This document shows positions 42,814-53,637 of a DNA stretch of 64,000 nt, piece by piece. Numbering within the stretch: the stretch's first letter is position 1; each line of letters begins with the position of its first letter. The stretch spans positions 245,962 to 309,961 of the forward strand of contig PDIP01000122.1 in assembly GCA_002811645.1 (NCBI GenBank). Direction: 5' to 3'. The notes below the pieces were generated by a model. The model searched no databases. It was given only the letters and a program-made list of their open reading frames with translations, and was not told where the DNA came from. Source of the stretch: Corallochytrium limacisporum Hawaii (Eukaryota; Protista; Pluriformea). Both the position numbers and the translations under genes were made by a program.

Positions 42814-44463
42814 ATGTCTTTAGTCGGGGCCGCTCGGTCTAACGTACCCATTCCGTCTCTGGACATCAAACGATTGGGTGAAGCCTTCCGCAATGGAAGA
42901 ATTGACTGTAGGAATTTGGTTGAACAATGCGTACAGCGGATCAAGGAGCAATCCAGCACTGTGGGTGCTTTCACGCAGCTCAGGCCTCTGGCTGCCCTGA
43001 GTGCCGACGCGGAGGCTAGTCACCAACGGATAAGCACAGGAGCGGCACTCGGTCCGCTGGATGGAATCCCGATAGCGATCAAGGAGAACTTTGCAGCAGA
43101 TTCGTTGGGACTGAATGCAGGTTGTGGGTCAGCACTCTTGAACCCCAACACTGATTCAAACCTGAGCGCAGCAGACGCGGACATGGTTCGAGCCCTAAAG
43201 GCCGCCGGAGCTCTGGTTCTCGGCTCGACGTCGATGGATGAGTTTGCGATGGGCAATTCGGGCACGACCAATGCATCTCAACCACGTGGATTGGAAGGGC
43301 TGAGGGACCAAACCACAGTAACGCGGAATCCGTTGGATCTTTCGCGAGTGCCAGGAGGGTCGAGCGGGGGTTCTGCCGCAGCAGTCAGTAGCCGACAATG
43401 TTTCTTTGCGCTCGGTTCCGACACTGGCGGCAGTGTGCGACTGCCGGCTTCATATTGTGGCGTAGTTGGACTGAAGCCGACCTATGGCAGTTTTAGCCGC
43501 GGTGGTTTGACAGCCTATGCAAGCTCCCTAGACTGTCCTGGGATCTTAGGCGCGAACGTGAGCGATGTACGGATTGGTTTTGACACGCTTAGAGAGGGAT
43601 TAAAGCAATTGGATTATGTGCGTGACATGAACTGTATTCTTGAGGACAGCCGGCACACCTCAGCATCACAGGGGACGGTACAGACGGTGGGCATACCAAA
43701 GGAATGGATGGAAAGCAGTGCCATACCGCACCATCTTCGTGAAACGATAGAAGATTGGAAGAAGGTTCTGAGCTCTATGCCCGACATCACAGTGAAAGAG
43801 GTGTCGCTGTCGGCATCAACTCAAGGAGCATTAGCTGCGTACTACGTCCTGGCCCTGACTGAAGCCTCCAGTAATCTTATGCGCTTTGATGGTCTGCGAT
43901 ACGGCGGAAGACTTGAGACGGACCCGGAGCTAGTCAAGATGCTTCGCGATCCGAGCGCCAATCTTCGAGACCTGGCGAAGCGTGTACGTGGCGCTCTGTT
44001 CGGACCTGAAGTCCAGCGCCGTATCCTGGTTGGAACGTTTGCACTGATGCGGGACACGCGGGAGAGCTACTATCTGCAAGCTGCAAAGGTCCGGCGCCTA
44101 GTCAGCGAGCAGATGCACGCGGTACTGCGGTCAGAGTGTGATGTGCTCCTCTCACCTTGCGCTCTTGGTGCTGCGCCTTGCATCGAAGACGTTGGTGAAA
44201 TTGCGGGGCGTGCTAGTGAAGTAGAGGACTACATCAACGATCTCTTCACTGTCCCGGCCTCCCTGGCCGGTCTACCAGCGGTAACCATTCCCGGCAAATT
44301 TATCGACGTCGACGTGGACGAAGGATGCTCTGGTCCTGCTCCCTTGCCGCTTGGACTGCAATTAATAGGTCCCGCGTTTGGCGAGCGTAAATTGCTTGAC
44401 TTTGCGGCTGCGGTCGAAGTCAGGCTGGACGAGCATTTGGAGATTGACGCAGAGCCATACTAA
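42814..44463 (+). CDS. QRSL1: Glutamyl-tRNA(Gln) amidotransferase subunit A (mitochondrial GatA)
   Basis: Amidase signature GPLDGIPIAIKEN, MDEFAMG, PGGSSGGSAAAV, GSDTGGSVRLPAS; GatA-specific EASSNLMRFDGLRYG and FGPEVQRRILVGTF. Confidence 0.93.
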   Translation: MSLVGAARSNVPIPSLDIKRLGEAFRNGRIDCRNLVEQCVQRIKEQSSTVGAFTQLRPLAALSADAEASHQRISTGAALGPLDGIPIAIKENFAADSLGLNAGCGSALLNPNTDSNLSAADADMVRALKAAGALVLGSTSMDEFAMGNSGTTNASQPRGLEGLRDQTTVTRNPLDLSRVPGGSSGGSAAAVSSRQCFFALGSDTGGSVRLPASYCGVVGLKPTYGSFSRGGLTAYASSLDCPGILGANVSDVRIGFDTLREGLKQLDYVRDMNCILEDSRHTSASQGTVQTVGIPKEWMESSAIPHHLRETIEDWKKVLSSMPDITVKEVSLSASTQGALAAYYVLALTEASSNLMRFDGLRYGGRLETDPELVKMLRDPSANLRDLAKRVRGALFGPEVQRRILVGTFALMRDTRESYYLQAAKVRRLVSEQMHAVLRSECDVLLSPCALGAAPCIEDVGEIAGRASEVEDYINDLFTVPASLAGLPAVTIPGKFIDVDVDEGCSGPAPLPLGLQLIGPAFGERKLLDFAAAVEVRLDEHLEIDAEPY

Positions 44464-44502
44464 ATTTTGTGCAACATACTTTCATATTTCTTTAGTTCGG
44501 CA

Positions 44503-46845
44503 TTAAACCCCACAGTACCTTTTATAAAAGTTCACAACTGTCTGATTTGCACGTATGACCGTGCGATCTAAATGGCCAGTGATGCAAAGCCCGGCCAGGG
44601 ACTTTGCCCGACTTAACGCAACGTATGCCTGCCCGGCTTCGAAGCAGCGTGACAGATCAACTTCTACAGAGTCCAGGGTCATGCCTTGCGATTTATGGAT
44701 TGAGTACGCCCAAGCAAGTGCCAAGGGGACCTGCTGTCGACTTGCAATCGTAGCCCCGTCGCGCTTAACAGTGAAACGATGTGGAACGATGGTCATGGGT
44801 TTGGATGCATCGATCACAGAGAGATCGGATCTCCTGCCACTGTCCGTCTCAGAGGCGGAAGAGCTCGTGTGAATCACGTTGTGGAACAGTACACGCGGAC
44901 AGCGCCAGCCATCAATCTTCCGAAAACCAACGACAATACCAGTTGCGCCATTGACCAGACCAAGGCGAGTATCTAAATTGCGCAGAAGCATGACTTGAGC
45001 ACCAACTTTGAGTGGCAGCTTCGCGGGTGCTACCGTAGCGGAATTGAGAAGACGCTGGGTGGCTGTCGCATTGCCACGGTGATCGAGGCTGTGATCCTTT
45101 GCAACCAATGTCTCCGGTGCCCCCAATAACTTGTCCAGCTCGCGCAGGTTAATGCTCATTGCCTCACTGTTGTGTGTACAGAGTTTGGTCGCCTTGACTG
45201 TAGACTTCAGGTTCTCCTGCGTGATATCTTGGAAGTCATCTAGAGGCTGCTCTTTCGTGACTGTGTCCGGTGTGACCTCATTGCGGCAAGCGTTCAGGGC
45301 CGCGAGGTCCCCATCAGTAGTGTCCCCAACCCGGAGTCGATTCAAAATGTCAATTAACAAATTTTCACCTTGTTGACGATAGATTTTCTTCAAGTACACC
45401 GTACTGCCTATGCACTTCTGCATCACCCGCTCCCAACATCGTGCTTGGAAGGCAAAGCGGTATGATTCGTTCCGCTCACTACTACCTTCCCGATGCCTTT
45501 CAACTGGCGGGAGCTGTAGAAAATCACCGCAGAGCACGACCTGCACGCCACCAAACGGTGCGTTGGACCGACGGGCCAGGCGCGCGACCCGTTCAAGGGC
45601 GTCGAAGTAGGTCGCAGAAATCATGCTTATTTCGTCAATAAAAAGAACTGAACATCGTCGCCAGCGAACCTCCGTACGCTTTGCGGCAACTTCAATAGCT
45701 CGATCGATCAGCGTTTTCTCTTCCTTGCCCTTGCACAAATCCAGGTCGGGCAGCACTAGGCCACTGAACTGCTGAATTGTGATGGCACGCAGCAAGGTGG
45801 AGGCCTGGCCCGTTGATGCTGTGACACCAACCCCCATGCCCTGCAGCGGATCCTTTGCCTTGGCCTGCGCAATGGCCACACGCAGGAGAAAACTCTTGCC
45901 TGTGCCTGCAGGTCCGGTCAGCAGAAGATTTTCCCGCTGGTCCAGCCGCTTCAGAAATCCACGCTGTATATCATCAAGCTTCTCATAGACATAGCCATCT
46001 ACAGCAGTCCTTACCTTGTACATCTCTCGTGCAGCTAATCGGTTAAGACGGGCCTGGTCCGGACTGATCGGCTCATAAGTGTCGGCATCGAAGCGTGATT
46101 GTATTCGCCGTTCTGTGGCGGTTGGGAGTTTCTTCGTGGGAGGGCTGCGCAGATCAAAAGGTGGTCGGCCACCCGATGACGTGGATCTGTGTCCATTTCG
46201 AATATTGTCATCAAGCTCTTTGAACGGTGACCGTTGCACTAAATTCCGTTTCGAAGCTGCCTTGACATTTCCGTAACTTTTCCCCTGTTGTTGCCCCTCC
46301 GCGCCGAGATGTCTCGGGCGGAGCTGCCGGTTGACGTCAGCGATAAAGCTCTGAATATGCACAGGAGCGGCTCCAGAAATGAGAATCTGCCATCCTCGCG
46401 GCGGACAACGGACAGTGACCATTCCCTTTGTTGCAAATTTGGAGAAAACTTCAACTTCCCGCGGGAGACATTCGTAAACAATTGGTGCCTCGTAGCTCGT
46501 CCCCCTTGCCGATTCGGCAACCCGACGTTCCGATAAATTAAGTAAAGCTAGACGCATGGCTTCCTTACCACCAAGCCCACAACTCTCTTCTGCTTCTGCA
46601 TCCCTGGGCCGACGTCCGCGTGACTTGCTCCTGTTGACGGCCTTCTGTCCATGGGCCACGACAGAGAAACCGATTGATATATCGCTCTTCTGTGAATTCT
46701 CTGATTCTGTTCTCCGCCGCACTGCCCGTATTGTGGCATGCTTAAATACCTTTTCTCGCTGCATGGTGCCAGTGCTGGCAATGATCTGCAGGCGAATACA
46801 CTCTGCCCGCAGAGTTCCAGGGTCTCTGTCGCAGAGATCGTCCAT
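44503..46845 (-). CDS. PIF1: ATP-dependent 5'-3' DNA helicase PIF1
   Basis: GPAGTGKS, TASTG, IDEISM, FGGVQVVLCGDFLQLPPV, LKVGAQVMLLRNL, LAWAYSIHKSQGMTLD, GQAYVALSR; animal-like N-terminal domain. First ATG at 46845. Confidence 0.95.
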   Translation of the reverse strand: MDDLCDRDPGTLRAECIRLQIIASTGTMQREKVFKHATIRAVRRRTESENSQKSDISIGFSVVAHGQKAVNRSKSRGRRPRDAEAEESCGLGGKEAMRLALLNLSERRVAESARGTSYEAPIVYECLPREVEVFSKFATKGMVTVRCPPRGWQILISGAAPVHIQSFIADVNRQLRPRHLGAEGQQQGKSYGNVKAASKRNLVQRSPFKELDDNIRNGHRSTSSGGRPPFDLRSPPTKKLPTATERRIQSRFDADTYEPISPDQARLNRLAAREMYKVRTAVDGYVYEKLDDIQRGFLKRLDQRENLLLTGPAGTGKSFLLRVAIAQAKAKDPLQGMGVGVTASTGQASTLLRAITIQQFSGLVLPDLDLCKGKEEKTLIDRAIEVAAKRTEVRWRRCSVLFIDEISMISATYFDALERVARLARRSNAPFGGVQVVLCGDFLQLPPVERHREGSSERNESYRFAFQARCWERVMQKCIGSTVYLKKIYRQQGENLLIDILNRLRVGDTTDGDLAALNACRNEVTPDTVTKEQPLDDFQDITQENLKSTVKATKLCTHNSEAMSINLRELDKLLGAPETLVAKDHSLDHRGNATATQRLLNSATVAPAKLPLKVGAQVMLLRNLDTRLGLVNGATGIVVGFRKIDGWRCPRVLFHNVIHTSSSASETDSGRRSDLSVIDASKPMTIVPHRFTVKRDGATIASRQQVPLALAWAYSIHKSQGMTLDSVEVDLSRCFEAGQAYVALSRAKSLAGLCITGHLDRTVIRANQTVVNFYKRYCGV

Positions 46846-47397
46846 GCCTATAGATGTCCAATCTCCCACAACGCGCTTCTGTAAAGCTACCTTGCCATAA
46901 TTTTGTTAGTCACCATTTCGCTGATCAGCGATTGTATTTCAAGACTTGCAACATGATCCTTACTGTAATTTATGAACCTGCTCCCATAAAATGGAAACTT
47001 TTATTCACATACCTTTTCATGTCAATGCTCCCGTTGTCCCTCGAGACCAGACCAGCCACAGATAACGGGGTGAGACCCGCTCTCCAACCCAACCTCAAAT
47101 TTTCAAAGGTCTCCCGCCGGAATCCTTACCCTTGAATTTCCATAGTGAACTCAGATCCCAATCCAGGGAAGGAATCAAGCTATGGGGAGGGGGTCTAATT
47201 TTGTGTATAAAAAGTCGCAAAGTGAGAATCGCGGGAATGTCGGCGAATAGGGGCCTTGGAGCGTAAGAAGTCGTATGATATTTGAGGCACTAGAATGTCA
47301 TCGTACACTCCAAGGTGATGCAAACACAGTTTCATTGGCAAAAGATTGTAATTCTGTTAATGTTGAGAATGTCTACGAACAAATTTCTTGTTTGGGT

Positions 47398-50300
47398 TCA
47401 AGCGAACAGCCTGACAGTGAACGTATCGGCCAAAGACACCTGGTGGAGGTCGACCTGTAGCGTGCCATGATCCTCCACATCTACACTCGACTCAACATCG
47501 CGGCCAACGACCTCAACCTTTTGCAGAGCTGGTCCGGTGTAGCCGTAGATGACAAGTTTTTCGACCTCAAAGTTGTGAGATGCCGGCGCAGAACCGCGAG
47601 CAGGACTGTTGTGGATGGTGACATTGCCCTTGTTTGAGGTGACCTCGATGCCTGTGTACACAAATTGGGTTGGGTGATAGGTCTTGCCATCGTCGCCGTA
47701 GAAGACTCCCTTAGCATGACCGTTGGCATCCAGCGCAATGAACAGAGTGTACGGATCCATGGTCATCTGTGTGGTCGAGCGGCGGGCCCGCATCTTGCGT
47801 GGGACAACAGTGCCACTTCTCTGGAAGAAGGGAATGGAATAGTCAAAAACCTCGAGCGTAATGGTACTGCCACCGGAACCAGCCAGCTGGCCCGTCCAGG
47901 CATCATACCATCTAGTCTTGGTCGCGCTACCGGGCAGGTAGACCGTATGTAATTTCATACCCTTCTCAAGGACCGGAGCGCAGAGATAGGCTTCTCCAAG
48001 CATAAACTCCGTCTGCAAGGTCAGTTCTGGAGTATCGCGGTCGAGTTTGGTACGAGTATCAACGAGTTCATCCGTAAATTCGTACCACAGAGGCCGCATT
48101 ACAGGTGCTAGGGTCGCAGAACTCTCGTGAAAGAGAGTGTAAATGTACGGAAGCAGCGAGTATCGCAGTCGCAAAGCATCACGAATCAGGCCCGTGACCT
48201 CGTCGCCAAATCGCCAAGGCTCACGGCGCTTAGTGTCAATATGGGCATGTGCCCGCATGAATGGATAAAAGGCGCCAGTTTGGTGCCAACGGACCAACAG
48301 TTCCGGTTCAGTGTCTCCAAAGAAACCCCCAACATCCGCTCCGACATTGGCAATGCCACTGATTCCTGAGCTCAGGATCATAGGAATGGACACTTGGAGA
48401 TGAGACCACAGTGCCGCATTGTCGCCATTCCACACGGGGCCAATGCGCTGTGTACCGGTGAAAGCCGCACGGCTGAGCACAAAAGCACGCTCTGTGTGAT
48501 CAGACCTGGCTAAAATACCATCGTAGGTGGCCTTGTGGAAATAGTAGCCAAAGGCATTGTGGATTTCTCGATGTTCCATAATGCCAGGGAACGGATGTTC
48601 CAGCTTCTCACTGGCTGGTGCGTTCATCCAATCTTTCCAATTTCCGTGTACCACATCCTTTGGCATCGTAATCTCTGGTCCGCTGAAGACACTGGGCTCA
48701 TTCATGTCATTCCAGATGTGCATGTTTGGTCTGGCCTGCGGAAAGACGTCCAAGGCGAACAGGTTACCCCACCATTCGCGCACATCTTGCCTCATAAAGT
48801 CAGGCCACGAGGACAGTCCGGGCCAGCAGTCTCCTTCAAACGTTTTATTGGCTGCTTCGCGCAAACCACTTTCGGGCTCATCCCACTGGTCCTCCTTGGG
48901 AAGAGGTATTGGACCTTGTGTAACAAAGAAGTCCTGCTCCTTGGCTCCGGAGTATACATGGTATTGAGAATCCTTTTTGATGTGCGGATCCACAATGACT
49001 ACTAAATGACGCCCTTCTTCGTCCAACTTGTCCATCATTTCACCAGCGTTTCGGAAATGGGCCTGGTCCCATGTCATGTACTTTTTGTGGTCAGTGTGTT
49101 CAATGTCTAGCCACATAGTATCCATGGGCAGATCATTGTCGGAGAATCCCTGAGACACCTGAAGAACATCATCTACGCTCACATAGTTCCAGCGACACTG
49201 GTGGAATCCCAGAGACCACAGTGCTGGCATTTGTGTGGTACCAGCAATTTCTGCGTGCTGTCTCATAACCTTACCAATTGTAGGACCAACAAAAATAAAG
49301 AAATCCATTGCGTTGGTCTCCGAGAACAAATGCGTTGTTATGTGGTCCACCTTCGATAAATCACCACTACTTCGTGATCCGAAAAAGCCATTCGCCCACT
49401 TCCCGAAAAGGCCTGGATCTGCATGGGCCTCAAACTTGGCAATATCCAGGACAGTCTCACTGCCATTGAGCCAGAGCACGCCGCTGCTGCGACCATTCTT
49501 GCTCACAGCAGTGACGAACGGCACAGTCTTGTAAAGGGGCGCAGGGCTGTCCAGCTGGTATTCGAAAACGTCCAGGTTGTAGAAGCGAATCGGCTCACAG
49601 ATACCCGGACCACTAGTGTCCCCGTCAAATTGCCTGCGGGTACTCGGCAACGCGAGCTTCAGTGTATGCTCATTGGCACCATATACATGGACAGCATTGG
49701 GCCAGCTAATGTCTACACCAACACTTCTGGGTCCCAATAATTTCCAGTCCGTCTTTCTCTGCCATGTCTCGGACCAGACAACCCGTCGATCATCTTCACG
49801 ATGAGATCGCTTTTCCCATGGTTTCGGCGCAATGGTCGACTGATGCAGCAGATCCCAGTCTTCCCTGAAGCGATTGACGATGTACTCCCGATCACCGAGG
49901 GGATCCCTCCTCTTGCGACCAGGTCCATCTTCAGTCTTTTGCAATTTAGCAGGAGGCTGCTCATTCACGTCTGAATCATCTTGGGCTTCCACTTCTTCCA
50001 CGAATTGTCCATCTTCGGTATCTCTGACGACCTTTTTCTTCCTCCGCTTGTTATTGCCTTTCACCTGGTTAGACTCTGGCATACCGCCATCGGTGCGGTC
50101 GTACGGACGAGTCTCTTCATAATCCATCAACCCATGTCCATTTACTACAGATATGACCTCCTGCGTGCCCTTATCCACAATTTCTATGCGGAACGGGCTC
50201 GCATGCACATGCACCTGTATATCCGAATTCGCAACGGCCGCGGTTATCTTCGCAACAGTCTTTCCGTCCCCGCTCAACTGTTGGTCCACAACCTCCATGG

Positions 50301-50733
50301 TATGGTGATGCAGTGGATTGTCAAGTACATCGTCCATGGTCATGCGGGCAAACTTTGTACTGGGCTCAGTAACCGTAAACCGGAGCGCGGGTTCCACTCC
50401 GTCCAGCGTATGACCTTCCCTTGACAGTGCCGTGATTCGCAGATTCAAGTGCATGTGCCGCTTGTCAATGTTAAAGACAGGAATATTCAGGCCAATTTCG
50501 GAACTTCCAACTCGGGATAATACCGCAATATACAATCCATCACCATCTGGTATTGCCCGGTGCCGCTGGCAAAACCCAACAGCTTCGCACTTTTTAAAAT
50601 TATCATTTGTGCCTCCCTTCGGACATTCCTCAGGCACGACTGCCAACGATCCACCACCTTGTTCTCTAGTTAAGGCCATGATGACCAGTGCGATCACCAA
50701 AAGCCACACTAAACGCTTCCACCGAAAACGCAT
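47398..50733 (-). CDS. GANAB: Glucosidase II alpha subunit (GH31)
   Basis: Signal peptide (MRFRWKRLVWLLVIALVIMALT), NFKKCEAVGFCQRHR, YNLDVFEY, HQCRWNY, WLDIEHTD, nucleophile WNDMNEPSVF, acid/base WNGDN, RAHAHIDTKRREPW. Confidence 0.94.
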   Translation of the reverse strand: MRFRWKRLVWLLVIALVIMALTREQGGGSLAVVPEECPKGGTNDNFKKCEAVGFCQRHRAIPDGDGLYIAVLSRVGSSEIGLNIPVFNIDKRHMHLNLRITALSREGHTLDGVEPALRFTVTEPSTKFARMTMDDVLDNPLHHHTMEVVDQQLSGDGKTVAKITAAVANSDIQVHVHASPFRIEIVDKGTQEVISVVNGHGLMDYEETRPYDRTDGGMPESNQVKGNNKRRKKKVVRDTEDGQFVEEVEAQDDSDVNEQPPAKLQKTEDGPGRKRRDPLGDREYIVNRFREDWDLLHQSTIAPKPWEKRSHREDDRRVVWSETWQRKTDWKLLGPRSVGVDISWPNAVHVYGANEHTLKLALPSTRRQFDGDTSGPGICEPIRFYNLDVFEYQLDSPAPLYKTVPFVTAVSKNGRSSGVLWLNGSETVLDIAKFEAHADPGLFGKWANGFFGSRSSGDLSKVDHITTHLFSETNAMDFFIFVGPTIGKVMRQHAEIAGTTQMPALWSLGFHQCRWNYVSVDDVLQVSQGFSDNDLPMDTMWLDIEHTDHKKYMTWDQAHFRNAGEMMDKLDEEGRHLVVIVDPHIKKDSQYHVYSGAKEQDFFVTQGPIPLPKEDQWDEPESGLREAANKTFEGDCWPGLSSWPDFMRQDVREWWGNLFALDVFPQARPNMHIWNDMNEPSVFSGPEITMPKDVVHGNWKDWMNAPASEKLEHPFPGIMEHREIHNAFGYYFHKATYDGILARSDHTERAFVLSRAAFTGTQRIGPVWNGDNAALWSHLQVSIPMILSSGISGIANVGADVGGFFGDTEPELLVRWHQTGAFYPFMRAHAHIDTKRREPWRFGDEVTGLIRDALRLRYSLLPYIYTLFHESSATLAPVMRPLWYEFTDELVDTRTKLDRDTPELTLQTEFMLGEAYLCAPVLEKGMKLHTVYLPGSATKTRWYDAWTGQLAGSGGSTITLEVFDYSIPFFQRSGTVVPRKMRARRSTTQMTMDPYTLFIALDANGHAKGVFYGDDGKTYHPTQFVYTGIEVTSNKGNVTIHNSPARGSAPASHNFEVEKLVIYGYTGPALQKVEVVGRDVESSVDVEDHGTLQVDLHQVSLADTFTVRLFA

Positions 50734-51628
50734 TGTATTAGAAAAAGACTCCGGCGACTCCTTTCGCCAGATCACAACATGTCTTATTGCATGTATTTTA
50801 GATTTAGCCGCATGATCCACCTTATGGGTCGGCCAGGGTATGGTTAGTGCCACAGTGAATACCTTGGTCTCTAATAGTAGGCCGAAAATCTTCCCAACGG
50901 AGCTCAGCGGCCCTTCTCACATCATCATCCTGACGGCTCTCGTTCCTCAAGGGCGACCCACCCCCGCGGGGGGTGACCAAATGCAGACCGCGGTTGCAGC
51001 GAAACATCTGTAATCCCGGTTTGCGACCCGAAGGAAAAACTGACACCTGGAGTGTGGGGCAGTGGCCACGAACTTCGGCGCCCAGCTCCAATATCCTCCC
51101 CGGACCGGGACCCCGCCTTCCCTTCGCTGTCTTTTCTCCGCGACTGCGCCCCTCCACAATTGCAAACTCAAGAAGGAATAGTATGCAAAAAATGACTTTC
51201 GATTCACCTTTCTCGCGAAGCACGGGAACGCTCCGACTGTCTCAGTATTGAATTATTTGGTACGTCCGTCCGCGAGTGGATAACGACTGCCGCGGCTGAA
51301 GGTCCTTTTTATTGCCGATAAGGTCCATCCGTCCCCAAACCCCACACCCCGTGGCGTCGTGGAAGGAGGTGGTATGTAGCACTTTCCCAGCGGACGTGTG
51401 GCCAATGCCCCCAAGAGGGGGAGGAGGGGCCCGGGCCCGCCCCGTGGGGGGAGGACGGGTACCCGGCGACTCATTGCGTAGTCCACGTAGTCACTGGCAG
51501 GGACGGAGACGTAGAGGAACGTCGCCACCACTGCTGGGTCTGTCGCTCAACGTTAAGCGAGAGTCTATCCGTGTCAATATACTGCACGCAAGATTTACTA
51601 ACTATGTTGTTCATTTTCAAACTCCTTA

Positions 51629-52771
51629 TCAAGCAAAATCCATATGGTGGAGGTCACTGAGCATCTCCATCAAATCTGGATTTGTGGCGACTTTGAGCAT
51701 CATGCAGTTGAGGAATTCTTGAGTGCTGCTCAGGTCTTGCTCCAGATTCGCAATCTTTCGCTGAGACCACAGGGCGTAGTCTGTGAGCTCAGTCGAACTC
51801 ATTGTCTTTATCTGTTCAGGGCCAACGTTGGAAAACATGGTTCCGTTGGACAGCCTACCGTCCGGAGGGGGTGATTGATCGTCGCAGAGAGTGGCACGCC
51901 GCAAACTTTCGATCAAGCGGTACGGAGTTTTGCTCTCGACAGTTTTGCCGTTCTTGTAGTTTATAATAACCGGTCCTGCCATGGGCTCGGACGCTTTCCG
52001 CACCTTCACCATGATCTCCTCGGAGTTCAGAACAGCGAACTCTTTGCCCACATGCTCAAGTCCAGCCACTGTGATGCTCGCAATCCGAGTTGCATCAATG
52101 CCAAAGTTTCCACCTGTGATGGTAAGCGCGTTGTCATCTGTCATAATGCCGCATTCTGGAGAGATTTTCTCGATAAAAGGCACGCTTCCGTGGTTGATAT
52201 CTGCAGTAGACTTGCCCTTCTTCGCTAGTGTGAGTTTCTCCATTCTCTCCGTTTCCCGGGCTATCTCCTCTTGTTGCCGCAATGTAGCCATCTTGATGGC
52301 ATTAACATCCAAACTACTGTCCGTAAAGGTTCTCTGTCCCGTTGTCTTTTTGTAGAGTTTCTTGGCATTCAACTGCTTCGTGCCGGTGACGTATACCTCC
52401 AACTGAATTTGTGCGATTTCTTTCTGATCGCCTCTGCGGTATGACTTTACCCACCGTCTCTGCCCTTTCTGGTTTGATATCTGACTCATGGGCAACGTGG
52501 CTTCACCAGTTTCCTTGTCGCTGGTAGTGATCGACAACCGAAATGTCTCTGCACCTTTCTTCGTCGGATCCACTGGGATCGTACATATTGTATCGAACCG
52601 CATAAGATTGTTGGCATCGGGCGTTTCCCGGTCGGTCTTGAACTTGTTGTTCCCGACTTTTAGAGAACACTGGGCCCAACGCTTATTCTCTGCACTATGC
52701 CACTCATTCTTCTTGACGATGTACACAACAGCTGTCACCTCAGTGGCAACCTCTACCATGTCAACCGCCAT
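51629..52771 (-). CDS. C2 + IPT/TIG + FIP-RBD protein (Rab11 family-interacting protein-like)
   Basis: N-terminal C2-like strands (CSLKVGNNKFKT...GEATLPMSQI...RRW), IPT domain PFIEKISPECG...LTITGGNFG, and a C-terminal coiled coil ending QEFLNCMMLKVATNPDLME (FIP-RBD-like). ATG at 52771. Confidence 0.72.
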   Translation of the reverse strand: MAVDMVEVATEVTAVVYIVKKNEWHSAENKRWAQCSLKVGNNKFKTDRETPDANNLMRFDTICTIPVDPTKKGAETFRLSITTSDKETGEATLPMSQISNQKGQRRWVKSYRRGDQKEIAQIQLEVYVTGTKQLNAKKLYKKTTGQRTFTDSSLDVNAIKMATLRQQEEIARETERMEKLTLAKKGKSTADINHGSVPFIEKISPECGIMTDDNALTITGGNFGIDATRIASITVAGLEHVGKEFAVLNSEEIMVKVRKASEPMAGPVIINYKNGKTVESKTPYRLIESLRRATLCDDQSPPPDGRLSNGTMFSNVGPEQIKTMSSTELTDYALWSQRKIANLEQDLSSTQEFLNCMMLKVATNPDLMEMLSDLHHMDFA

Positions 52772-53065
52772 CTTGGAGGATCTGTCTGTATTGGTCTCCC
52801 GAAGGATTTTCTCATCATGCGTCTTCCGTATTATGTGTCTGGTGACTATGATCAGTACCGTACCAGATAGCTGCACCGGACCGCCACGTCGGGGCTGACA
52901 TTAAATCAGACCCGCCGTTATATCAGGATCGCCCGACCCCAACCGACAGGTTCATACATGCCGGTTTTACGCGAATTAGCTCTACGTCTCCGTGCCCATT
53001 GGAAACCCCCCACCCCAGTATGGACTGCCGGGCCCTATCAAGTGATGAAAATAAAGCATCCGGAT

Positions 53066-53161
53066 GAATTTATCTATTTAATTAATAGTAATTTCTTGTA
53101 AATTCAAACTATCCGAGGTATTGTATATATTATATATAGAGTAAAAGGTATATGCAAATAT
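53066..53161. other. AT-rich island in the divergent FIP-like/ARPC5 intergenic region
   Basis: TTTATCTATTTAATTAATAG...TATATATTATATATAG; much more AT-rich than its surroundings. Confidence 0.6.
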
Positions 53162-53637
53162 GGAGAACCCCCCCCAAAGCCCGGTTCCCCCTGTTTTGCC
53201 TTTTGCGCTGCGCTCCCGAAGCTGGGCTACCATTGGCTAGCAGGGGAGCAGCAACACCCAACAATGAGAGTGAAAACAAAAGAGAAAACTAATTGCTCCG
53301 TTACCTGTCGGTTATGCCTTGGCACTCGCAGACTTACATGAGGATCCCGTACCCAAAACATAGACCTGGCTTTGGCTGCGGAGCAAGTTGAGTGGATGAA
53401 TTCAAGCCAGTGAGGCTGTGGGGACTGTGTGAAGCGGCCTCTTGCTAAGTCTAGAGGGTATAGTGGGTTGCATGATTCTTTGTCACGTCTGTCTTCGGAT
53501 TACGAATGACTGTTGAGATATTTAGGCTATGTAAAGTCAAGTATTGTTTTGACTTAAGTACGTATATCACTGTGTCTTAGGAACCAAGCGGGAGTTTAAA
53601 CACAGATCAGTAACCAAAAACAGCAGAAGGAAGCACC

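Noticed and set aside
47230-47238. Possible E2F core (GCGGGAA) upstream of PIF1
   Set aside because: A single imperfect 7-mer; insufficient on its own.
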